Source: Takakia lepidozioides
Lineage: Eukaryota; Plantae; Bryophyta
Direction of reading: 5' to 3'
Length of the DNA: 64,000 nt
Assembly (NCBI GenBank): GCA_030704615.1
Contig: CM060731.1
Span: forward strand, 17,050,001-17,114,000
Of this stretch, positions 54,480-64,000 are shown piece by piece. Both the position numbers and the translations under genes were made by a program. Below the pieces are notes generated by a model. The model saw only the letters and a list, made by a program, of their open reading frames with translations. It made no database searches and was not told where the DNA came from. The stretch's first letter is position 1. Each line of letters starts with the position of its first letter.

Positions 54480-55699
54480 GTAGTGGATGTTTAGTTGGAA
54501 TCTCAGAGAGCATTCCACATCAGCTCAGTAGGATGTTTGCACGTAAGTTGTAGCTTCCTTGCATCAATCTATGTTGTCTTCTGGATTAGAGAAATATCAT
54601 CCTAGGAGAGGTGAATAAGATTGCCTCTTAGTTGGATCGGAAGATAGACATTCGGAAGAGAGTTAGTCTGTTGCTCTTGGCTTTAAGCTCAAGACAATAT
54701 AGCCACAGATGATGTAGGGGGTAAAGACTGGTTCTTCTTTTCACTTTTTTTTAAAGCTTTCCTTATCTTCTCTAAGAGACTGCCGACACTCTTGTTAGCT
54801 GTCGATGTGTTAAGGATACTATCATCAAAACCTTCCCTCACATGTCGACATTTTTTACAGGTGTACTTGGAAGGTGTTCCCCTATTTTTTTAAAAGGTAG
54901 TCAGAGTGTCAGAGTGTAAGAAAGTCTAACCTGATTTGTCTGGCATGTGTGTGTGTGATATTCTAGACAAGGAGTCGCCAATGAACAAACTAGAGGGCAA
55001 AGATCATCTCAGCTGTTAGGTGCTCTTGGCAGCAAGATTGTCATCTGCTTGATTTTATGCCTATTGTGTGCTATGGTGATAGTTTTTCGGAAGGGTCGTA
55101 CATAAATACTTTTCAGCATTGATGAACACGTCGATTTATAACCCTCTCAATGCCCATGAGACTGTTTATGACATCCGAGTCCTCTGGAGGCCAAGTCATA
55201 GAGTTAATATCGGGCTTCCTATCCCATGGGGCGGTGGTCAATCCACTGAATTCTCGCCAAGAGCTCCTGGTGCAGAGGATGCCATGCTTGCCCAAGTGGT
55301 ATCAAAAGCGGTTAGAAGAGCAGCTCCCCTGCGTTCAGAGCATCTTGGAAGAGTTGCGACCAGCACCTCCAGGCCTTCCTTCCCTCCGTCATAAGATTTG
55401 ATAAAACAACATACATGTGAAGACTTTGGTTTGTAGGCTTGGTATGGCACCTGTACATGCGCCGCTGCGAAGTCATCCCTGTCACGGCCACCATCGTGGG
55501 TCCCACCGCTACTTGCCATATACTGCCCAGCAGCCATGCTCGGATCAGTGGAACCCACAAGTAAACTAAAGAGCTTCGCATTCCCTTTTCTTAAGATTCA
55601 AGTGTTCCATTTCTGTCAGTCTTTCTTTTCTGCAGGTAGGTAGGAGGTAGAATTTGGGTGCTCTTGTGCCCGCACTCATAAGCATAGGCATGGTAGCAT

Positions 55700-56226
55700 G
55701 CACCGGTGCTATTCTGAGCGCGCAGGTAGACGCCATACCTAGGGGCCTGTCTTCCCCTTGTTGTGAACGGACAGGAGGCCTCACATCATTGGCCTGGCCT
55801 CTGAGGTGCTCTCGGCGTACAACCGCTTCGCCGCTCAGCTTCAGGGTGTGGGGCTATCGGTTCAACCTCACAAGTGTGGTGCATGGTCTCCAGCCGCCCC
55901 CAAACTTTGTACCTCTCGCACATTTCATCACACTGTCTGACAACATTCGCGTCTTGGGCGTCCCCTTCGGTACCACCTCTTTCACTTCCTCTTTCTTGGA
56001 GAATGGCCTTGATCAAGATGTCATTCATTCCGACCTCCTTCCTCACCTTGGGGACCTACAGGTAGCCTATGGCATCCTAACGAAATGCTTTATCCAGTGG
56101 CCATCCGATCTTCTTAGGACTTCCTCCCTACTATTGAGTTTTTGCGGTTATTGTCAGGGTTTGATGCTACCATCATGAATATCTTTGGTCGTCTTATGAG
56201 ACCGGGGGCTTTGGATGGATCCGAGG
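55700..56226 (+). mobile_element. CRE-like (early-branching non-LTR) retrotransposon RT-thumb fragment
   Basis: IRVLGVPFGTTSFTSSFL..LLPHLGDLQVAYGILTKCFIQWPSDLLRT..FDATI resembles the CRE-clade pattern vLG.P.G...f....L.D.Q.a..ll..C......llR. Frameshifted. Confidence 0.6.
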
Positions 56227-56378
56227 CCCGGGGGGTGCACTCCTCATTAAATGTACCAGCCACGTGCGTGCACAGGAGGGGGTATTTTAAACCCCCCCCA
56301 TGTACAACATTATACATACAGAGGGGGGTTTAAAACACCTTAAATATAATTTTGCAGGAAGGGGTTGTTGAGTTTTTA

Positions 56379-56477
56379 GGGATAGTGTAGTGGTAAGAAT
56401 GGCGATTCCGCCGCGATGCATCCCGGGATCGAATCGTGGAATCGTCGTTTTGTATGTTTGTTTTTTTTTTTTTTTTT
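56379..56477 (+). ncRNA. Degenerate tRNA(Asp/His)-like Pol III unit followed by T17
   Basis: GGGATAGTGTAGTGGTAAGAAT (A box) ... CCCGGGATCGAATC (B-box-like) ... poly-T. The acceptor and anticodon stems do not pair, so it is not a functional tRNA. Confidence 0.5.
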
Positions 56478-56913
56478 CGCTCCACGATCTTTCTCCCCTG
56501 ACCTCCCGCGGCTTTCTCTTTTCTTTCTCCTCCTCTCCCGCGTTCGCCTTCCCTTCCGCGGGCTTTCTCTTTTTCCTCCTCTCCTCTCCCCTCCTCTCCA
56601 CAGGGCATGGTAGGACAATGTGGTGAGGGCACCAGAATGTGGTGAGGGCACTGACTTGGGAGAAGGTTTGAGGTTGTGATGTATGTAGAGGGCAGGAATG
56701 TAAGTGCGCGGGAATGTGGGGCAGGCCTGGGCTGATCGGTGATGATATGCGGGTGTGGTGGCGGATTGTTGTGCAGCAATGACAGGAGGACATGGGCATC
56801 AAGATTCCCAGTCATCAGAGGTAATGAGCACATTAGGCCTATTTTCTTTCCTAATAATGATTGGCGTGACACAATGGTTGTACTCACTGTATCAGGCCTA
56901 TTCTCATCCTTAT

Positions 56914-59601
56914 TGAATCCAAGCAGCCAGAGGGACAAGATGCCCCTAAGTGTACAGAACCTGAACGTCCTGAATCTGAAGGATTTGGTACTCAAGAGTT
57001 TACACAAGACGAGCAAAATCTACACATGGGGTAACTGTCCCCCCTTTGCAGAACGGTTGGGCGTCCAGGAGCAATCCCAAGCTACCTAGACGACAAACAA
57101 TTCACATGCAAAGGGCTGGCTTGCGGCTGGCCACTTTCAACTTCTCAGGGCTTACTAACCAAAGGAAACAACTCGAAGTGGGACAAGTCCTTCGGACTAA
57201 TGATATTCATATCTGTGCTGGGCAAGAAACATGGGAAACTTCGGATAAACTGGTTGGAGATGTCAATGGTTATAAATGGGCAGGTAGGATGTGTACTCTC
57301 AAGGCAGCCTCTGCCAAACGCGGTAAAAAAGGGGTTGGATTCTTTGTCCGTGATTTCTTGTTTGATAATTGTGAAATTATCAACAAGGGTTTGAGGTACG
57401 AACATAGTATCTGGCTAAAACTGAATCTGAAGGGCGGCATGAGTACGAAGGACCTCTTTGTGGGTTGTGTTTACATGCCCACAGAGGGGACCCTTAGTGC
57501 TGACGCAGACAAAGCCTTCGAAGATGTAAAGCTGGACTGTGCTTCGTTCCTTGCCAAAGGTCAGGTAGTGCTATTGGGTGACTTCAATGCCCGGGTGGGC
57601 AAAGGGCTCCATCAGGACGATATCATTGGGCCTTTTGGTGAGGACGAGCCCTCTATAAAGAGTGCTGCAATTTGAAAACCAACAGAGAATTGTGGGCGAG
57701 GTACTATCAGCTCCGGAAAGATATCAATCAGCTTGTTAGGTCTCAGAAGAAATTATACTGGGATAAGTTATACAGTGAAATAAACTCAAACCACCATGGT
57801 GGTAATGACAAGAAATTATGGTTGGCCCTTCAACGTTTGTACAAGCCTAAAAACGGTCAGCAAGTACAAGCGCTGAAGACTACTAAAGGTGCAGTGGTGA
57901 CTTCATCGGTTGACATTGTCAAAACCTTTGAAAATCACTACAGTATCCTTGGCAGAACTTCTAGGTCTAACAGTGAGGGGTCTTCTGCTGAATGGAGGGA
58001 CACAGTTGGAAAAATTGTTCCTATGATTCAAAACAGCCCTGATGAACTGGAGTATATTTCAATGGCTTATAACGCTCCCATTAGTTCTTCTGAGATTGTG
58101 GAAGCAATTGAACATTTAAATGGATATAAAGCTGGTGGACCTGATGGTATTGTCAACGAGCTTATCAAGCACGGTGGCGATCCCATGATAGAGGCCCTAG
58201 TTCTCCTCTTTAACCTTATCTGGAAGACTGAAATGATCCCCTTTCGCTGGCGACAGGGGGTCATTGTCAGTCTATACAAGAAGGGTGACAGAGAAGAACC
58301 GGGGAACTACCGTGGCATCACACTCAGGAGTTGATTAATTGCGCGAAGAGATACTTTGATCTTTGGGGGCTAGAGGCTAATGTCAGCAAATGTGCAGTGG
58401 TAGCATTCAACGACAGAGGAGAGGGAGGAAGTGATCTTAAGTGGCAGTGGGGTAGCCAAGAGATCCCGGTCCTCCCTTCCTACACTTACCTGGGCGTTGA
58501 GTTTTCCTCCAATTGTAATTGGGATGCACATATCCGGAAAGTTGTTCGAACTGGCAAGGGCAAAGCTCTGGGGCTCACTAAATTTTTCCACTGCAGAGGG
58601 GTCATCTCTGAGGTTAAGAAAACCATGCTTTGTCGCGTTATTAGACCTGCCTTGGAGTACGGATCTGCTATATGGGTTGATAACTCCAACCAGGCTAAGT
58701 CTCTAGAATCCATTCAAGTGGGGGTGCTTAAGGAGTGTATGTCAGCATGCTCCAAAACAGCCAATGTGGCTGTTCGGGGTGAGTTTGGCATTCCATCCTT
58801 AAGCTCCCGACGAGATGAATTCAAGGTCAGATGGTGGGGTCAGCTGCAACATATGCCCAACACCAGATATCCTAAGTTGATTGACTCTATATCTTGGAAA
58901 CAGGACCGCCCTGTCAGTCCTGGCAGAAGAGAGTAGAAAAGATTCTCAAGGACCTGGACCTGGATCCGCAAGTCTTGACCCTGCTGGATAAATCTGCCTT
59001 AGAGGCTGTAGTGTCTGAGGCCATGTCTGTTGCCATGAGATTGTCTGATGAAAATGAAGTTAGGCAGAGAACTTCCCTGAACTTGTTTCCAGTCAGTGAC
59101 ATGGGGGTGGACATCTTGGATGACCTCAAGGGTCTACCCACTCTCGGCACTAGACTGAAATTTAAACTCAGGGCAGGAAGCCTACCTTTGAACAGCAAAC
59201 AGAAGCAGAGAGGAAAGGGAGAGTGCAATTGTCCGTTGTGTGGGCAATCTGAAGACAGTATTCATTTTCTGATACGCTGTCCGGGTTCTCTCACCAAAGA
59301 GAGGCTCTCTTCAATTCTATCAAGGGAATTGTGCCTGTACCCCTGTTTACCAACTTTGAAAGTCTCGAGGCTGAGCCAAAAGCCCAGGCCCTCCTGAGGC
59401 CTAGTTTTTGGGCAAATCACACACAGCAGATTGATGCTTGTGTGAAGGGTTTTCTAGAGGATATCTGGAAAACCCGGATTAATTCCTTATACGATGGTAA
59501 GTCTTACTACCAACGTCAGCCCTGTTCCTTTTGTTCCCACTGAAACTGGGCGCGGGGTCAATGGCCACAAGGCTACGGCAAACAACGTCTTATGAGTACA
59601 A
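56914..59601 (+). mobile_element. RTE/RTEX-like LINE (probable ORF1 tail, APE endonuclease, RT, C-terminal zinc finger), internally deleted, with 12-bp TSD
   Basis: APE motifs ATFNFSGL, GQETW, CVYMP, LGDFNAR. RT start KAGGPDGI..LYKKGDREEPGNYRGITL, then YTYLG and CPLC..H...C. TSD TCTCATCCTTAT at 56902-56913 and 59602-59613. Deletions at ~57650 and ~58325. Confidence 0.94.
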
Positions 59602-60115
59602 TCTCATCCTTATCATCCCTCGCCTTTTGGAAAATTCCAGCCATAATTGAAGGGCAATTGGTTGTTGTACTTAACTGCACGAATGTTCCCCTTTCTGTTG
59701 GAATGAGCCGCACGTCCTTTCCATGCTGACATACCCTTTCTTCTTCCTGCAGGATCCTTTGCCCAGCCCTGTTATTTCTATCATTTGTGCCATCCTCTTG
59801 GCGTTTCCACAGCCTCCCCTCATTGCCAGTGAAGTGTTTCTTTCTCTTCCCTTTGTCTTTAAAGACACTCCAACTGTTAGCTGCAGTACCCTTCGCTGAT
59901 TTCTTATTGCCTTTGACCTCATGTATGTTTTCAATCATGTTTGAAGGGTGATCACTTGCTGCCATATGCATGACTGTGTCCTTGACTGCTTCTCTTGTCT
60001 CAGTATGATGTTTAATTGTTGTCATGTCAGGCTGTGCTCAGCTGCACCGTGGTGTCTTCAAATGGATCAATTTTTCAGACACGGTCTTGCCAACTGAATG
60101 ATGCAGGTTCACTTG

Positions 60116-60745
60116 GGAGAGTGCACTCCCCCTTTCCTCTCTGCTTCTGTTTCATGTTCAAAGGTAGGCTTCCTTCCCTGAGTTTAAATTTCAGTCTAGT
60201 GCCGAGAGTGGGTGGACCCTTGAGGTCATCCAAGATGTCCTCCCCCATGTCACTGACTAGAAACAAGTTCAGGGAAGTTTTATGCCTAACTTCATTTTCA
60301 TCAGACAATCTCATGGCAATAGACATGGCTTTGGACACTACAGCCTCTAAGTCTGATTTATCCAGCAGGGTCAAGACTTGCGGATCCAGGTCCAGGTCCT
60401 TGAGAATCTCTTCTACTCTGGCCTTGGGAAAACACCTTTTGATCTCAGTCCAGAAAGTGGTCAGAGGTACCAATATCAGTTCTGTCGATCAACACATTGG
60501 CACACTGGGGGAACAAATTTTTGTCCATTATGATATAGTCCACAATGGAACGTTCCCCAGTTTGGGATTTCTCACGAGTCCACTGCACTTGGTCACCTCT
60601 TGTCTTGTTAATCAAGGTCAAAAGCTGAAGCTCTTCCAGACAGTTAATTAACCGTCTGCCATTAGAATTCAGCTCGTCCTCACCAGAAGACCCAATGATA
60701 TCGTCCTGATGGAGCCCTTTGCCCACTTGGGCATTGAAGTCACCC
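60116..60745 (-). mobile_element. Same LINE family, rearranged fragment (endonuclease C-terminus joined to post-RT region)
   Basis: GDFNAQVGK..NSNGRRL..SIVDYII..TSDH is fused directly to VEEILKDLDLDPQ..KGEC. Confidence 0.9.
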
Positions 60746-60819
60746 TACAATAGCACCACAGAGATGAAGAGAAGCTTTGGAATGAGACACTTTTCTGACC
60801 CCAGTCAATGGTGGGACAA

Positions 60820-61585
60820 TGTGGGTGGATGGTCAACTGGAAACAGCAGCGGCAACAGCGCAATTGATAAAGCAAGGCACTGCTGATGAAAGGTACCTTC
60901 TTCAACGTATTTCAGCCTGAGGGCACCTTCTGGTTTGACCTGTTTCAGCCTGTTTTTCCCTCTCATCAGACTCAGCCCTGAAGCATATGTATTGAATTCT
61001 GTAAGTTAGCTCGTTGGGTGGATCTGCGGTGCTCTGGAGTGACTTTGCAAGTTGCTGCCGAGGTGGTAGCATGACAGTACCTAAAAAAAGATAATAGATA
61101 GAACAAGGGACTGCTAATGAAGGTACCTTCTTCAACACATTTCAGCCTGTTTTTCCCTATTATCAGAGTCGTCCCTAGATTTCCAGATGGCGGATTCCAA
61201 GCTCCAGATTACCTATGATTCCATGTGGAATGATAGCTACAAGAAACCTGGATGGGTAGATGGTCAACTGGAAGCCACAGTAGTAGCTGCAGAGGCATGA
61301 TGTACGCATTGTTAGTGTGGAGGGAGGGGTAGCTGTTGATGCAGGGAGAGGATCGTGGGTGCAAAATCATCCAAGAGGGCCAGATTTGGAGCAAGGAACA
61401 GCGCTGGCAGGAGTTCTATAAATTTGATCCACAGCGGTGGGACAATATTGTCAACAAGGTGAGCTTTCTTCATGCAACATCGTAGGGAGTTTGACAGAAC
61501 TTTGTATTTAAATATGTTAGTGTGGAGGGAGGGCTAGCCGCTGATGCAAGGATGGACTGTGGGTTCAGGATCACCCAAGAGGGCT
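60820..61585. repeat. Short dispersed direct repeats upstream of the transposase frame
   Basis: ACTGCT(G/A)ATGAA(A)GGTACCTTCTTCAAC at ~60879 and ~61110. TGTTAGTGTGGAGGGAGGG..CCAAGAGGGC at ~61310 and ~61515. GATGGTCAACTGGAA occurs twice. Confidence 0.75.
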
Positions 61586-61827
61586 ACCAGCAGTGGAAGT
61601 AGCAGCATTTGGTCAATAGCAGCAGCAAAAATTAACAACATCAAACTCATCAATCAGGTACTTGCTTCTGTATACATTTCATCCTCTTATGAACGTAGTT
61701 CCTACTTGGACAGCCTATAGGGTTGTATAAAACAGGACTTTGGAACCTTCCAACCCGGGTGCTTTGTTATTGGTCTATCAAGGTCTGATTTGAAATGTTT
61801 TCATTGCATTTTGCAGGTGAACTCATC

Positions 61828-64000
61828 ATGGAAGAAGAGTTGGAAGTAAAAGTCCTGCTTGTTGGAGGAGATGCATCACCAAACAGGCTTGGTTCTGTGT
61901 TCACTATGCAAGGTGTCACATACAAATGCATCCGAGCAGAAATTATAGGTGATGAGCTTGTCTCAGCAAAATTTCATTTCCTTTCCATGGGGGGTAGTGT
62001 CCTTTCAGCCAAGCAAGAAGAGAGGATGGTTCTGAAAGGGGATACTGTACACATTAAGATTTCAGACCAAAATGATGGGGACCAAGGATTGAAAAGACCT
62101 CTATCTTCCAGTGGTTCTACGATCTTGCATGAGGACAGACCAGGCGAGGACCCGGCACCAGTGTCTACCAAGATGAGGATGGACCCTGATACACCCTTTG
62201 CTGGCGATGGTGGAAATGAAGACCATGCACATGAGCATGCACTTCAGCAGAGATCTGGTAGATTGTGCAGCACGTTGGCTACATCCAACGATATTCAAAA
62301 ATGGCAGAAAGAGATTAGAGCCGTTGAAAGGAAAATCTCTGCAGAAGGACGATGTGACAAGTTTGAGCTGATGACAAAGGATCAACAAGGACAAGCAATG
62401 TTCCACATATGGTGTGTTGAGTGTGAGGATGTTTATGCACGGTCTGGGAAAAACAAACCATATGATGCATGTGCAAACTTTATGAGATCTCATTTGAGGA
62501 GTGAGGGGCATCGCATAGCCTATGAGAGGCGTCATGGGAAGGGTTCATCACAATGTGTCATCAGCCCTGTAAATGCAGATGAAGCATTAGACGCAAAGAA
62601 GAACAGGGTGAAGGAGGCATTAGAGGAAGTCGCTCGGTTTTGTGAGGACAATCCTGGAAACAGATTTGAGATTGTGGAAGCCACAATTGGAGACTATTCG
62701 CAGTTGGGTTCCATAAGGATTAGGTGCCCACTGGATTCGAAGTGGCTACTCTTGTTTCCAAGGACAGGTTCTTTGCAATCTTCTTTGACAGAGCATGTGA
62801 AAGGAAAAACTCATGTCGATGCAGAGATTTGCCAGAAGGTTGGAAGTAGTGAAGGACCTTGCAAAAAGAGAGGAAGGCCTCCAAAGCCTATGATTGCCAA
62901 AGATGTAAAGCAACGGGATCTAAGCTCTTTCTTGGTCAGTCAACCTGTGTTGCCGTCCCCACCACTTGACAATCCAATTGTGGCATCAACAATGGGAGCA
63001 TCCTCGTCACAAACTCCATACGCTTGTGTTGACGCTGCCCAACGGGGAGATCTGATCGAGGATTGACAATTACAGCAAAGGTCCCAATGCAACAAAGGAA
63101 GAGACAGTTTGTGTTGGGGCCTATGGGATGAATGGTGGGAGTACAACCAGCAGAGAATAAGTCTGAAACCATTCCTTCAAGATAGCAAGGGAGGAAAGAA
63201 GTGGTATGTCGAGCCGTTGACAAATGCAACCATCACTCTAAACAATCAAGAGCATAAGGTTGTTGGTACGTTTCGGCACGCGGATTGTTTTAGAGTGTCA
63301 TTGGATGGGGAGCCATTTCCAAACTTGAGATGTTCAGCATGTTCTTCCATTCCCTTGGAAAATGACTTCAGAATGAGGGTATATAGAGAAAGAGGTGCCA
63401 TGGAATGTAGAGGGGAGAGAGATACTGGCAAGGGAAGAAGGTTGTCATATCTTGGAAATGCGGAGATTGTCAAACAAGTTTACAAAAACAGACAGGAGTT
63501 GAGGCAGTTGAGGTTCAAATTGTGGGAGGCCAGGACCAAAGTGGCATCATTGTCTGTGCGATGTAGGAGTTTGAAGGAGTCTGGGATTGAGGCAATTGAA
63601 AGAGGAGATGTTCTCAAATTTTGTCGTGATATTGTTGATGCACATAGGAGGGGGGATTTTGAAGGAAAAGAAAGTTTGTGGGATTTTCTTGTTGATATGG
63701 GCAAGAATATTGACAGGTCTCCACAAGGGAAGAGGTATGGTACTAGCACAAAAACAATGTTTGAGACTGTGCAGCTTTGGGGGGGTCCGAGATTGCATCA
63801 TTTTTTGGCTTCAAATGTGGGGGGTCCTTCTATTGATACTACAAGACGGTCTTTGAGGAAAGGTTTGAAGTATAGAGCGGGAGAAACGGATGATATATTT
63901 CAGCATGTGGCTGGAATTTACAGAGATGTGATGGAAGATGCAAATATTCCATTGGGAAGCATCCCAGTGATGGTGGCCGAAGATGAAACTGTTGTGAAGC
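61828..64000 (+). mobile_element. Zinc-finger/AT-hook DDE-type transposase-like gene, P-element/THAP9-like, incomplete at window edge
   Basis: One frame is open from 61795 to 64000 except for a single TGA at 63064-63066. It contains WCVEC..HLRSEGH, RCPLD..HVKGKTH, KKRGRPPK, CWG, RCSAC, then RYGTSTKTMFETVQLWGGPRLHHFLASNVGGPSIDTTRR..G..VMVAEDETVVK. That last stretch resembles the helix-turn-helix-to-first-catalytic-Asp layout of P-type transposases. Confidence 0.6.

Noticed and set aside
56379-56450. Functional tRNA gene
   Set aside because: The acceptor and anticodon stems do not pair. Kept only as a tRNA-like relic.
57640-58335. LINE internal deletions explained by spliceosomal splicing
   Set aside because: The first junction breaks after GAGC, where the intact copy (near 60670, minus strand) continues TGAATTC rather than GT, so there is no donor site.

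Overview
Eukaryotic nuclear DNA from a non-seed land plant (bryophyte-like by gene content and repeats; species not determinable). Six spliced host genes are supported: a PB1-domain B4-type Raf-like MAPKKK (-), a TPX2-domain microtubule protein carrying a plant calmodulin-binding-like motif (-), the Hsp90 co-chaperone p23 (+), an RCC1-repeat protein (-), a glutamate receptor-like channel GLR (+) and the splicing factor ACINUS (+). Repeats include five copies of one RTE/RTEX-like LINE family (three with exact 11-12 bp target-site duplications), a CRE-like non-LTR fragment, a split Ty1/copia remnant, tRNA-derived SINEs, several tandem or hairpin repeats, and a ~600 bp duplicate of the RCC1 gene 3' end. 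The last 8 kb is a nested structure. In order it holds a CRE-like fragment cut at CCCGGGGGG, a hairpin, a tRNA-like A/B-box unit ending in T17, a 331-codon antisense ORF split by a LINE, and a long zinc-finger/AT-hook, P-element-like transposase frame running off the window. All calls come from reading the sequence by eye; no database searches were run.
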